Of a stretch of DNA of 51,241 nt, positions 36,980-47,096 are shown piece after piece. The notes under the pieces were generated by a model, which was not told where the DNA came from, made no database searches, and was given only the letters and a program-made list of their open reading frames with translations. The stretch is from Bradymonadales bacterium (GTDB lineage: Bacteria > Bdellovibrionota > UBA2394), in contig REDG01000058.1 of assembly GCA_007693605.1 (NCBI GenBank), positions 1 to 51,241 on the forward strand. Direction: 5' to 3'. The position numbers were made by a program, and so were the translations under genes. How positions within the stretch are numbered: the stretch's first letter is position 1; each line of letters begins with the position of its first letter.

Positions 36980-37878
36980 GGGGACGAGATCTGATGATTC
37001 CAGAATCTGCACAGACCAGCGACTCGATTACGGACTATCTGAAGGCACGAAGGCTCCTGTTTGAACAGGAACTTGTTCAGCAGCTGGAGCCTTCGCGATC
37101 TGGCCTGGAGCGAGCGATGGCCTATACCCTTCTGCTGCCATCGAAGCGCATTCGACCCCTGTTCTGTCTTGAGGTTTGTCAGTCTCTTCTGGGTCGTTCA
37201 GAAGAGGCCATGCCAGCCGCGATGGCTTTGGAGTTTGTGCACTCCTATTCGCTCATTCATGACGATCTTCCGGCCATGGATGACGACGAGTTAAGAAGGG
37301 GCCAACCCACCAATCACCGAGTTTTTGGCGAGGCGAGGGCCATTCTGGCGGGGGACGCTCTACTCACAAAAGCCTTTGAAATCTTGGCGATGTGTGGCCA
37401 ATTGGCCGACGGGCTTCGGGTGAGCCTCATTAAGACACTCTCATCGGCCGCCGGAGACCAGGGAATGGTCTTGGGTCAGGATATGGATTTGGACGCCAAG
37501 CTGAAAGACATTCGTGAGCTTCATTTAAAGAAGACCGGGGAGCTGCTGGCCGCTTCGTTTGTGATGGGGGCGATTTCAGCGGGAGCTTCTCAGAGGATGC
37601 TTGAAGACTTTCGAGAAATCGGTTTGAGTCTAGGGCTAGTGTTTCAGATTTGGGACGATGTGTTGGATGTCGAGGGTGGAAGTCAGATTGGGAAACCACT
37701 TGGAAGCGACGAAAAAAATCAGAAGAGGACCTTTGTGAGAGATATGGGTCTAGAGGCGGCCAAATTGGAAGCCCGAAAAATTTTAAACGAGACGATTTTG
37801 AAGCTGAGAAGTTTAGAGCTGAAGTTTGAAAACAGATTGGAAGAAATGGCTTACTACATCTTGGAGAGAAGGCATTGA
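36976..37878 (+). CDS. ispA: Geranyltranstransferase / farnesyl diphosphate synthase
   Basis: KRIRP, SLIHDDLPAMDDDELRRG, GQDMD, KTG, FQIWDDVLD. Confidence 0.93.
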   Translation: MRGRDLMIPESAQTSDSITDYLKARRLLFEQELVQQLEPSRSGLERAMAYTLLLPSKRIRPLFCLEVCQSLLGRSEEAMPAAMALEFVHSYSLIHDDLPAMDDDELRRGQPTNHRVFGEARAILAGDALLTKAFEILAMCGQLADGLRVSLIKTLSSAAGDQGMVLGQDMDLDAKLKDIRELHLKKTGELLAASFVMGAISAGASQRMLEDFREIGLSLGLVFQIWDDVLDVEGGSQIGKPLGSDEKNQKRTFVRDMGLEAAKLEARKILNETILKLRSLELKFENRLEEMAYYILERRH

Positions 37879-37889
37879 GGAGCGCAAGG

Positions 37890-39983
37890 GTGAAAGAGTC
37901 AGACACTAAGATCAATTTTAAGTACCCCAATCATTTTTCTGAGGAGGATTTGCAGAAACGCTATCCTTTAAGTCTTTCGGTTCGTGAGCCAAGCGACATC
38001 AAGGACTGGTCGCTTGAGGCTCTTGAGAAGCTTGGCGCCGAGTATCGAGATTATCTGATCGAGATCTGCTCAAGAAATGGCGGTCATTTGGGGCCTGGCC
38101 TAGGGGTGATCGAATTGACTTTGGCTCTTCATAAGGTTTTTGATTCACCAAAGGATCGAATCGTTTGGGATATTGGGCATCAGGCCTATCCGCATAAGTT
38201 GATGACGGGGCGATTTCGAGAAATGCAAGGACTTCGAAAGGCCGATGGCGTTTCTGGCTTCTGTAGAAGATCAGAAAGTCCCCACGACATTTTCGGGGCA
38301 GGCCATGCGGGAACCTCCATTTCTGTGGCGGTGGGAATTTCAGAAGCTCTGAGGCAGGCCAAGGATCGGCATAAGGCCATCGCCATTATTGGGGATGCCG
38401 GATTGACGGCTGGGATGGCCTATGAGGGGCTTCATCAAGACATTCAGTACAAAAAGAATCTGATTGTGATTCTCAACGACAATGAGATGAGCATTGCTCC
38501 CAATGTGGGAGCCATTAAACAGTTTCTGTCCCGGAAGATGAGTTCTCCGCTTCTCGATAAGATTCAAGAAGAGATCAAACAGGTGGCGGCGCGTATTCCT
38601 GTTGTGGGTGAAGATTTGGTGGGCACTCTGGGCCTTGTAAAATCGAGAATGAAGAACTTGATGATCCCCTCAGTCATCTTTGAAGCTTTGGGTTTTCACT
38701 ACTACGGTCCGCTGGATGGACATGACTTAGAGGGTCTCGTCGAAGTCCTAGAGAATGTAAAGGATCGAGAAGACCCGGTACTGATTCACATCTTGACCGA
38801 GAAAGGTCGAGGCTATGCGCCAGCGATTGCGGACAAAGAGACTTTTCATGGCTGCGGGCCCTACGATCGAGAGTCGGGAAAGATCATCAAGAAAGCGGAT
38901 GAGAAACCCGGTTACAACAAGATCTACTCGAAAGCTTTGACCATGATTGCCAAGGCAGACCCCAAGACTGTCGCCATTACGGCGGCGATGCCTTCTGGAA
39001 CTGGCCTTTCCTCTTTCGCCAAAGAACTGCCCACTCAGTTTTATGATGTGGGAATTAGTGAACAGCATGCTGTCACCTTTGCCGGGGGGCTTGCGGTCGA
39101 GGGTTGGAAGCCCCATGTAGCCATTTATTCGACCTTCATTCAGCGAGCCTACGATCAGGTGATTCATGATATCTGTATTCAGAATCTCAATGTGAAGTTT
39201 GGCTTAGATCGAGCCGGATTTGTGGGAGCGGACGGGGCGACTCACAACGGAAACTATGACATTGCCTTTATGCGAAGCATTCCGAATATGGCCGTATGCG
39301 CTCCGAAAGATGAGCGAGAAATGCAAGAACTTCTGTTTGCAATGAACCGTCACGAGGGCCCTGCCTGCATTCGATACCCGAGGGGGTCAGGCTTTGGAGT
39401 TCCTCTTCATGCCAGCTTAGAGGAGATTCCAGAAATCAAATGGGGTTCGTCAGAGATTGTGTTTATGGGTCACCAAGATCGCTTTGATCCGATTCAACAG
39501 CGCTCGGTGCCTTGGGAGTGGGTGGACCGATTGGGCCGCCATGAAGACCGAGCGCCTGTCGATTTTGCGCTGATCGGTTATGGCACCAGCGTTTACGATG
39601 CTGTGAAAGCCTCTCAGTTGTTGCACCAAGAGGGGATTCGCTCCATTGTGGTGAATCTCAGGTTTGTGAAACCCTTGGATGAAGAGTTTTTGATGCGACT
39701 TGCGCAACTTTGTCCTCGTTGGATTTCGGTCGAAGAGCATGTGTTGATGGGGGGAGTAGGCTCTGCGATTCTGGAGTTCTTGGAGCAGAAAGACCTGCTT
39801 TCACAGGTTTCTCTGAAGCGCCTGGGTGCGGCTGATCTGTTCTATGACCAAGAGTCTGTTGATTCCTGGAAGGATCGAGTGGGAATCTCGTCAAAGGCGG
39901 TGGCGCAGAAGGCAATGGCTTGGGCAGATCAGCTAAGAGAACGGGAGAGTCCTAGAGATTCGAGTTCTGCCGGTCAAGCTTAG
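37890..39983 (+). CDS. dxs: 1-deoxy-D-xylulose-5-phosphate synthase
   Basis: GGHLG, WDIGHQAYPHK, GDAGLTAG...NDNEMSI, GISEQHA, DRAGFVGADGATH, IRYPRG. GTG start after GAGGAG is inferred. Confidence 0.96.
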   Translation: MKESDTKINFKYPNHFSEEDLQKRYPLSLSVREPSDIKDWSLEALEKLGAEYRDYLIEICSRNGGHLGPGLGVIELTLALHKVFDSPKDRIVWDIGHQAYPHKLMTGRFREMQGLRKADGVSGFCRRSESPHDIFGAGHAGTSISVAVGISEALRQAKDRHKAIAIIGDAGLTAGMAYEGLHQDIQYKKNLIVILNDNEMSIAPNVGAIKQFLSRKMSSPLLDKIQEEIKQVAARIPVVGEDLVGTLGLVKSRMKNLMIPSVIFEALGFHYYGPLDGHDLEGLVEVLENVKDREDPVLIHILTEKGRGYAPAIADKETFHGCGPYDRESGKIIKKADEKPGYNKIYSKALTMIAKADPKTVAITAAMPSGTGLSSFAKELPTQFYDVGISEQHAVTFAGGLAVEGWKPHVAIYSTFIQRAYDQVIHDICIQNLNVKFGLDRAGFVGADGATHNGNYDIAFMRSIPNMAVCAPKDEREMQELLFAMNRHEGPACIRYPRGSGFGVPLHASLEEIPEIKWGSSEIVFMGHQDRFDPIQQRSVPWEWVDRLGRHEDRAPVDFALIGYGTSVYDAVKASQLLHQEGIRSIVVNLRFVKPLDEEFLMRLAQLCPRWISVEEHVLMGGVGSAILEFLEQKDLLSQVSLKRLGAADLFYDQESVDSWKDRVGISSKAVAQKAMAWADQLRERESPRDSSSAGQA

Positions 39984-40039
39984 CGACCACGCTCCTCCTT
40001 GAATCGCAATCTCTAAAGGCCTATTTGATTTTCGCGCCT

Positions 40040-41224
40040 CTATTCGGTGGAGGGGGCAGCTGGATCTTCAAAGTATTGCCAGAGTTCAGGGTCCTGCGCC
40101 CTCAGATAGTCAAGAACCACCGGAATACTTCTCTGTTGCATCCAAAACATCCAGGGGTCTCTGGGGCTACTCTCAATCGACTCTTGCCGTTCAGATTCGC
40201 TCAGTTTCAAAAAGAGGCTTAAAACAAATTTCAAGAAGTCAGGATGATTGTTTCCAACGGCGGTCAAGGCAAGCTTAAAAGCCTCCAAAGCCTTACCCTC
40301 CCGTTGTAGTACTTCTGCCTGGGCCCAAATGAAGCTCTCGTCTCCGCGAACCTGATGAGCTTCTAGGTAGGGAAGAAGCGAGTCGAGATCTTCCACTCCT
40401 TCGGCACAGTCCAGAATTCTTGGAATGGGAACTTGAGATGAGGCTCGAACTAATTGTTGTCGAAACAAGAAGCAAGGATCTTCAGGAAAATCCTGAAATC
40501 TAGACATTCGGATCAGATACTCTTGATAGTAAGAATCGACTTCAAAGATTTGACTCAGAATGATCGAAGGGTTGGCTGCCTCAAGTTGTTCTGAAAACTG
40601 GCGGTAGACTTGTTCAAAAATCCTCTTGCGGTGGGGACTGTCTTGAATTTTTCTCCACAGGCTGGGCTCAAGTCGTCCAAGCTCCAGCCAAATGCGACTG
40701 ATCGAGCTGATGAGCTCCTCGAGTTTTGGAGAGTCTTCTGACTTAGTCGCTACTGATAAAAAGCTTTCTAGCGCTCCTCGCTGATTTCCACGATTCCACT
40801 TTAAGGTTGCCATCCGTTCTGTAGAGACAGAGACTCCGTGCGCCTGCGCTCTCAAGATCCAGTCCTCAGCCCGCACGAAGTCCTCACGATATTCAAAGAC
40901 CTCTCCCAGCCGAAAGAGCCACCTTCCATAGTCCAAATGATGAGGCAGAAACTGAATCAGATACAACAGATGCCCTTCTAAAGCCGAATGATTCACCGGA
41001 AGAATCTCGGTCAGAATATTCGCAATTCGGTAAAGCTCCTCTTGGCTGGAACTTGTTTCAAAGGCTTTTTCAAGGAGCTCAATCGCCAGCTCGGTTTGAT
41101 TCTCATGGACTGCCGTGAGGGCCAAACTCAGCCTTGAGGCCTCATCGGCCATTAACTTCATAGATAGGATAGAGCTGAAAGCGATGGAGAGGACGACAGA
41201 CTTCATAGAGGTCAACTTTGACAT
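40040..41224 (-). CDS. Exported TPR-like hypothetical protein
   Basis: Signal-like N-terminus and helical repeats; overlaps the end of rpe. Confidence 0.6.
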   Translation of the reverse strand: MSKLTSMKSVVLSIAFSSILSMKLMADEASRLSLALTAVHENQTELAIELLEKAFETSSSQEELYRIANILTEILPVNHSALEGHLLYLIQFLPHHLDYGRWLFRLGEVFEYREDFVRAEDWILRAQAHGVSVSTERMATLKWNRGNQRGALESFLSVATKSEDSPKLEELISSISRIWLELGRLEPSLWRKIQDSPHRKRIFEQVYRQFSEQLEAANPSIILSQIFEVDSYYQEYLIRMSRFQDFPEDPCFLFRQQLVRASSQVPIPRILDCAEGVEDLDSLLPYLEAHQVRGDESFIWAQAEVLQREGKALEAFKLALTAVGNNHPDFLKFVLSLFLKLSESERQESIESSPRDPWMFWMQQRSIPVVLDYLRAQDPELWQYFEDPAAPSTE

Positions 41225-41871
41225 GCGGCCTTTAGTTGCCGAATCGCCTCGTTGTAAGAAGGCTGAGAGAAAATTTCACTTCCACTCACACAAAGGTCGG
41301 CCCCGGCCTCATAGACTTCTCGAATATTGCTTCGCTTGATTCCCCCATCGACGGACAATTCAATCGGATAACTTCCAATCATTTTTTTGCAGGCACGAAT
41401 CTTGTCAGTCATTTGAGGAATAAACTCCTGGCCTCCAAAGCCTGGATTTACCGTCATGAGTAGGATTAGATCTAGATCCGGAAGGACTTGGCTTAACATT
41501 TCAACCGGAGTGGATGGGTTTAAAGAAGCTCCGGCTTTCATTCCCAGAGCTCGAATGTCTCGAAGACAGGCTTGAAGATGTCGACAAGCCTCTTGATGGA
41601 CTGTGAGGAGTTGAGCCCCAGAGGCTTTGAAATCCTTTAAGTAGCGTTCTGGTTTCTCAATCATCAGGTGAACATCCAAGGGGATATTGGATCGCTGGTG
41701 AATGGCGTCAATCACCAGGGGACCAATCGTCAGATTGGGAACAAAGTTTCCGTCCATCACATCAATATGGAGATAGTCTGCCAGCTGGGGATCGAGTTGG
41801 GCCAATTCGGCCTCCAAATTGCCGAAGTCGGCGGATAAGAGGCTTGGAGCGATTTGTACGGGCTTTCTCAT
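41212..41871 (-). CDS. rpe: Ribulose-phosphate 3-epimerase
   Basis: IAPSLLSADF, HIDVMDGNFVPN, DVHLM, MTVNPGFGGQ, VDGG. Confidence 0.97.
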   Translation of the reverse strand: MRKPVQIAPSLLSADFGNLEAELAQLDPQLADYLHIDVMDGNFVPNLTIGPLVIDAIHQRSNIPLDVHLMIEKPERYLKDFKASGAQLLTVHQEACRHLQACLRDIRALGMKAGASLNPSTPVEMLSQVLPDLDLILLMTVNPGFGGQEFIPQMTDKIRACKKMIGSYPIELSVDGGIKRSNIREVYEAGADLCVSGSEIFSQPSYNEAIRQLKAACQS

Positions 41872-42839
41872 TCTTTTGTTGAACCCCCCAGGACCAAACC
41901 TTTCGGAACACTCTGGCCTTTCAGAAAGTCGGCTGTATTCATCCGTTTCCGGCTCTCCAATTGCAACTCAAGCAGTCCGACACAGGCATCCTCACAGCTG
42001 ACAATGATCTCGTTCGGAGTTACTTCAACAATAACACCAGGATCCGCTTCGGGGCGACGCGGAACAAATCGACTTTTAAAGACTCGTAGTCTCTGTCCCA
42101 TCAGTTGACATTCTGCAACGGGCCAGGGGTTTAAGCCCATGATCTTTTTGTGAACTTGCTCTGCAGGACTTCGAAAATTGATCGGAGACTCTGACTTGTT
42201 GAGTTTGGTGGCATAAGATCCGATTCGGGGGTCCTGTTTTTGCCTTGATTCCCAATCCTTCTCAAAATTCTCTAGGCTCTGTACAAGGCATTCTGCACCC
42301 AGAACCTTCAAACGATCATGAAGCGTTTGAGCCGTGTCGATGGACTCAATTTTCGTCCTGCACTGCCTTAAGACATCTCCCATATCAAGTTCTTCAACCA
42401 TTGCTTGAATGCTTATTCCAGTTTCTGCTTCACCCTCTAAAATCGATCGGGCAATCGGAGCAGCCCCTCGATAGGCCGGCAAGAGGGAAGCGTGAACATT
42501 CAAAGCCGCCCGTCGTGGATGTTTCAAAACAGACAAGGGAAGAATCTGGCCGAAGGCCACCACAACCAGAAATTCGCAGGGGATGGAGAGAAGCCGATCG
42601 AGTGCTTGTCTGTCTTTTCGAAGTGACTGGGGTTGAAGAAGCGAGAGCCCATGTTGCTGGGCCAGCTCCTTCACCGGACCTGAAGAGAGTTTTTGTCCTC
42701 GCCCACGAGGCCGATCGGGTTGAGTCACCACCAAGGGGATTTCACAGCCAGCGTCGATGAGGGCCCTCAGGCTAGGCAGGGCGAAATCCGGACTGCCCAT
42801 GAAAATTATTCTGAGTCCTTTAAGGTTCTCTTTTGACAT
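41868..42839 (-). CDS. fmt: Methionyl-tRNA formyltransferase
   Basis: IFMGSPDFA, TQPDRPRGRG, NVHASLLPAYRGAAPI, PWP. Confidence 0.97.
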   Translation of the reverse strand: MSKENLKGLRIIFMGSPDFALPSLRALIDAGCEIPLVVTQPDRPRGRGQKLSSGPVKELAQQHGLSLLQPQSLRKDRQALDRLLSIPCEFLVVVAFGQILPLSVLKHPRRAALNVHASLLPAYRGAAPIARSILEGEAETGISIQAMVEELDMGDVLRQCRTKIESIDTAQTLHDRLKVLGAECLVQSLENFEKDWESRQKQDPRIGSYATKLNKSESPINFRSPAEQVHKKIMGLNPWPVAECQLMGQRLRVFKSRFVPRRPEADPGVIVEVTPNEIIVSCEDACVGLLELQLESRKRMNTADFLKGQSVPKGLVLGGSTKE

Positions 42840-43359
42840 AGGCGAACTTCTCTTGTCTTTGTCTCTTCTTGATTTTCTTCAAGTACATGAATCGCTTCAT
42901 CGCACTCACATGGTCGAGCATTGTAATGCCGTTTAGATGATCGATTTCGTGCTGCAAGACAATGGCCAAGAAGCCGTCGTTCTCAATCACTTGCTCTTTG
43001 CCGTACTCATCGAGGTACTTTACGCGAACCTTTTTTGATCGAGGGATCTTGGCATTGAACTCCGGGATGCTTAAGCAGCCCTCTTCAATTTGGTCCTCGC
43101 CGGAGCATTCTATAATCTCAGGGTTAATCAGGGCAAAGGCCTCTGCCTTGGGATCTTCAGACGATAGATCCACCACAAGAATTCTCTTAGAAATGTTGAC
43201 TTGAGGGGCGGCCAAACCCACCCCAGGAGCTTCTTTCATGGTTTCGATCATATCCTGAATGAAGCGACGAAGATCATCGTCAATCTCCTCCGGCAGGACT
43301 GGCTTCGCAACTTTTGACAAAGTCGGATGAGGCACATCAATGATTTCGAGCAAGGCCAT
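42820..43359 (-). CDS. def: Peptide deformylase
   Basis: GVGLAAPQV, EGCLS, QHEIDHLNG. Confidence 0.97.
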   Translation of the reverse strand: MALLEIIDVPHPTLSKVAKPVLPEEIDDDLRRFIQDMIETMKEAPGVGLAAPQVNISKRILVVDLSSEDPKAEAFALINPEIIECSGEDQIEEGCLSIPEFNAKIPRSKKVRVKYLDEYGKEQVIENDGFLAIVLQHEIDHLNGITMLDHVSAMKRFMYLKKIKKRQRQEKFAYVKREP

Positions 43360-43476
43360 TCAATAAGACTCCCAGCGGCATTATCAGACAGATTCAATCT
43401 ATCAGACTTCTGTAGCATAATTTCTTCAAAAATTTAAATTGATTGCTCCTCTGGAGTCCTAGAGACTGAACTAGAT

Positions 43477-43941
43477 ATGTTTGTGAGCCACTGGCCAGAG
43501 CTTAGAGAAGCGGAAAAGGCTTTTGACGCCCGCCAATTTGCCTCTGCAGAGGGGGCGCTCAGCCGTATTCTTGCCAAGGATGATTCGGTTTTTGAGGCCA
43601 GGCTTTATCGTGCCTTGGCCAGGCTCTACCTAGGAAAGCTCCAAGAAGCCAAAGAGGACACCAGTTTTTGCTGCAAGATTCGACCGAACGACTCTGTGGC
43701 TTGGATGCTGCAGGGAGAGGTCGAACTAGAGGTCCAAGAGTTTGAGGCCTCTTATCAAAGCTTTAGCGAAGCGATTCGACTAGAGAAAGACAACGGACGA
43801 GCTCTTTTTGGGATGGCCAAAGCGGCGGTCGCTCTTGGGAAAACGCGTGAAGCTTCCGATTTATTGGAAGAAGCCCTTCAGTTTGATCGAGACTTTGTCT
43901 TAGCTCAGTGCTTCTCTCGCCTATTGCGCATGCCTTCTTAA
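43477..43941 (+). CDS. Small TPR protein
   Basis: About four TPR-like repeats. Confidence 0.8.
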   Translation: MFVSHWPELREAEKAFDARQFASAEGALSRILAKDDSVFEARLYRALARLYLGKLQEAKEDTSFCCKIRPNDSVAWMLQGEVELEVQEFEASYQSFSEAIRLEKDNGRALFGMAKAAVALGKTREASDLLEEALQFDRDFVLAQCFSRLLRMPS

Positions 43942-46005
43942 GTTTGGCCAAGCCTTCTGAGACAGATGAATGAAAAAGAAAAGTGTGATTCCGATCAACT
44001 TCCACCACCATCGTTCTAGGCCAAACTGAGCTTCAAAAAAGTCTGGCCGCAGCAAGACGGCCACAGTCAGAAGAAGCCCGATCGCCTCCCAGATCCGGTT
44101 CCGTTGATAGATATAGTTTTGTGTGAGAGAAACAAAGGCGAAGATCGCTGCCAAACCACTTCCAAAGATCATAAAGATTTCCCACCAATGGGTAACTCCA
44201 ATCAGTAAAAGATCAGTATTAAAGATGAACATAAAGGGAAGAATGGCCGTGCGCATATCGTAGCGAAAGCCTTGGATGCCTGTTCGAATGGGATCGGCCT
44301 TTGAAATGGCAGAAGCGGCATAGGCCGAGAGGCCCACCGGCGGGGTGTCATCGGAAAGGATTCCAAAGTAAAAAACAAAGAGGTGAGCAGCAATGAGGGG
44401 GACGACCAGTCCGGCATCTCCGCCGAGTTGCACGATAATCGGGGCGGTCAGGGTGGCCATCACAATATAATTTGCCGTGGTGGGAAGGCCCATTCCTAGA
44501 ATGAGTGAGGCAGCGGCAGTGATTAACAAAAGCGGAATGAGCCGCCCCCCAGACAAGACGGCTACAACTTCTGAGATTGCCCCTCCTAGCCCCAGAGTGA
44601 CCACTCCTACGATGATTCCGGCCGCAGCGACGGCCACTCCAATTCCCATCATATTGCGTCCGCCGCTGGCGAGGCTCTCAAAAATCTCCACTCCAAAATT
44701 TTTCAAGGAGTCTTTCCAGGCCACTTTCTTCCGCAGCGCAAGCACGACATTTTTAAGGAGCATCAACCCAATCAATGAGAGGATGGCATAGTAGGCTGAA
44801 AGTTGGGCAGACCTCCTCTCAATCATGAGAAAATAAAGCAGAAGAAGCAGGGGGATCAAAAAGTGGATGCCGGAGAAAAATGTTTTCCAAAACTCCGGCA
44901 CTTCGTCTTTGGGTACCGGTTGAATGTCGAGTTTCAGGGCTTCGATATGCGTGATGTAAATAAGACCGATGTAGGCGATGAGAGCGGGAACAATCGCTGC
45001 CCGCACAACTTCAAAATAACTGAGGCCCGTGTATTCTGCGATGATGAAGGCGGCAGCGCCCATAATTGGGGGCATCAGCTGACCATTTGTACTGGCCGCC
45101 ACTTCAATGGCGCCCGCTTTAACAGCGGGGTAGCCGGCCTTTTTCATTAAGGGGATGGTGAAAGTGCCTGTGGTGACGGTGTTGGCGATGCTTGAGCCTG
45201 AGACCATTCCCGTCAGGCCACTCGCGAGAACAGCAGCCTTGGCGGGTCCACCTCGAAAACGACCCAACAAACTATAGGCCAATTGAATGAAATAATATCC
45301 TCCTCCGGCTCGTTCCAGCATCGCGCCAAAAAGCACGAACAAAAAAACCACCGAAGCGGATACATCTAGCGGCACGCCGTAAATTCCTTCGGTAGACATA
45401 CTCAGTTTGCCAATCAGCTTTTCCAGCGAGGAGCTTCGAAAGGCAATGAGGTCGGGCATCCACTCGCTGACGAGGCTATAGAGAATGAAAGTTCCGGCGA
45501 TGAGCGGAAGGGCTAAGCCCAAAGCTCTTCTGGCAGCTTCCAAAAGGAGAATGATCAGGACGACCCCGACCAGCAAATCAAAGCCGTGTGGGGCCCCCTG
45601 CCTCTGGCCGATTCCCTCATAGTCTAGGACAAGATAGAGAGCGGCGGCGGTGGCAAGTATTCCCAACACCAAATCGAAAACAGAAATTCGATCCGTTCGG
45701 CTCAAATACCGAAGTAAGGCGTTTTTCTTAACCCAGCCTTTCTTTACAAAAATACCTCGGCTCTTGAAAAATGGAAAACTCAGGTAAACCAAAAGAAGGG
45801 CAAAGGCCAAATGAATCGCCCGCGCATAGACGGCACTCAAAAGCAAGACTTGGGGAAGTGCCAGTTGAAAAAGGGACCAGGCGGCGGCAACAATCGGAAT
45901 GGAGTAAGCTTGCCATGACTGAAGCCGTCTGCCCCCGAACTCGACTTCCTCTGCCAGTCGTTTCGCCTCTTCGGATTCTTCGATTTGGCTCATGCGCCTC
46001 CTCAA
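43921..46005 (-). CDS. TRAP transporter 4TM/12TM fused permease
   Basis: RGGPAKAAV, SGSSIAN, ASTNGQLMPPIMGAAAF, GMGLPTTANY, DDTPPV. Confidence 0.95.
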   Translation of the reverse strand: MRRRMSQIEESEEAKRLAEEVEFGGRRLQSWQAYSIPIVAAAWSLFQLALPQVLLLSAVYARAIHLAFALLLVYLSFPFFKSRGIFVKKGWVKKNALLRYLSRTDRISVFDLVLGILATAAALYLVLDYEGIGQRQGAPHGFDLLVGVVLIILLLEAARRALGLALPLIAGTFILYSLVSEWMPDLIAFRSSSLEKLIGKLSMSTEGIYGVPLDVSASVVFLFVLFGAMLERAGGGYYFIQLAYSLLGRFRGGPAKAAVLASGLTGMVSGSSIANTVTTGTFTIPLMKKAGYPAVKAGAIEVAASTNGQLMPPIMGAAAFIIAEYTGLSYFEVVRAAIVPALIAYIGLIYITHIEALKLDIQPVPKDEVPEFWKTFFSGIHFLIPLLLLLYFLMIERRSAQLSAYYAILSLIGLMLLKNVVLALRKKVAWKDSLKNFGVEIFESLASGGRNMMGIGVAVAAAGIIVGVVTLGLGGAISEVVAVLSGGRLIPLLLITAAASLILGMGLPTTANYIVMATLTAPIIVQLGGDAGLVVPLIAAHLFVFYFGILSDDTPPVGLSAYAASAISKADPIRTGIQGFRYDMRTAILPFMFIFNTDLLLIGVTHWWEIFMIFGSGLAAIFAFVSLTQNYIYQRNRIWEAIGLLLTVAVLLRPDFFEAQFGLERWWWKLIGITLFFFIHLSQKAWPNLRRHAQ

Positions 46006-46998
46006 TTAAAGGTTGGGAAGCAAATGCGCTGGAATCTGATCCACCAGGCCGACCTCTTCAAAATATCTCAATGCGCCCGGATGAAATGGAACAGAAATTC
46101 CCTGAAGCATATTTGCCTTTTCAAGTTCGTGAAAGGCGGGGTGCAAGCGCTTAAACGAATCCAGATTTTCAAAGACTGATTTTGTGAGGGCGTAAACCGT
46201 GTCTTCTGAAACTTGCGAAGATGTGACCAAAGTTGCTTTGACTCCGATACTTGGAATGTCGGAGTCTCCTTCCGCCATCGGGTACAAGGCGTGCGGAATA
46301 TGAGTGACCGCGTAGTAAGGAAACTCTCGAAGCAGATCTTCCATCCCCACAATGGGCACAAATCTCACCTTGCGGTTGCCGGAAGTGGCTTCTGTAATGG
46401 CTCCGCTTGGATGACCCACAGTATAGAAAAAAGCATCGATGCGATTGTCCTGAAGCATTCGAGGCGCTTCGGCAGCGTCTAAAGACTCCGCCTGAAGCTC
46501 AGACTCAAAATCAATGGATGCTGCTCTCAAAACATCGAGAGAATTACCTCGTTGACCACTTCCGGGGTTGCCGATATTGACCCTCTTTCCCTTTAGGTCG
46601 TGCAAACTTTCGATTCCCGCCTCAACGGCAGCCACCAGGGTCACCGCCTCTGTGTGTAAGCTGAAAACGGCTCGAAGATCCTTCTGAGGGCCAGCGCTCT
46701 CCCACTCGGCGAGACCCCGGTAGGCTTGAAACTGGCGATCTGATTGGACAATCCCAAACTCCATCTCGCCAGACATCAGGGCGTTGACATTGAACACCGA
46801 TCCTCCCGTCGATTCGTACGAGGCTCGAATTCCAAATTCATCTCGGCGATCATTTAACATTCGGGCCAAAGCTCCGCCGGTTGGGTAGTAAACCCCTGTG
46901 ACTCCGCCCGTTCCAATGCTGACAAACTCTGTTTTCTCTCGGGTGCAAGACACGAAAACCAATGAAAGACTAAAAATGAGACTAAGCTTTGCAAACAT
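46006..46998 (-). CDS. TAXI family TRAP solute-binding lipoprotein
   Basis: Lipobox FVSC; IGTGGVTGVYYPTG, STGGSVFN, GKRVNIGNPGSG, PFHPGALRYF. Confidence 0.93.
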   Translation of the reverse strand: MFAKLSLIFSLSLVFVSCTREKTEFVSIGTGGVTGVYYPTGGALARMLNDRRDEFGIRASYESTGGSVFNVNALMSGEMEFGIVQSDRQFQAYRGLAEWESAGPQKDLRAVFSLHTEAVTLVAAVEAGIESLHDLKGKRVNIGNPGSGQRGNSLDVLRAASIDFESELQAESLDAAEAPRMLQDNRIDAFFYTVGHPSGAITEATSGNRKVRFVPIVGMEDLLREFPYYAVTHIPHALYPMAEGDSDIPSIGVKATLVTSSQVSEDTVYALTKSVFENLDSFKRLHPAFHELEKANMLQGISVPFHPGALRYFEEVGLVDQIPAHLLPNL

Positions 46999-47096
46999 AC
47001 GGACCTCCAGATTGGATTGAGTTCGCCCTCATGAAGCCTCGGTGAGCCAAAAAAATCAAGTTGGCATCCCCTGATTTAAAAGTGTAAGGCCTAAGA

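Noticed and set aside
39953..40015. Hairpin TAGAGATT...AATCTCTA over the dxs stop as another repeat copy
   Set aside because: Shares only a short CTCCTTG with family A; adequately explained as a terminator-like stem between convergent genes.
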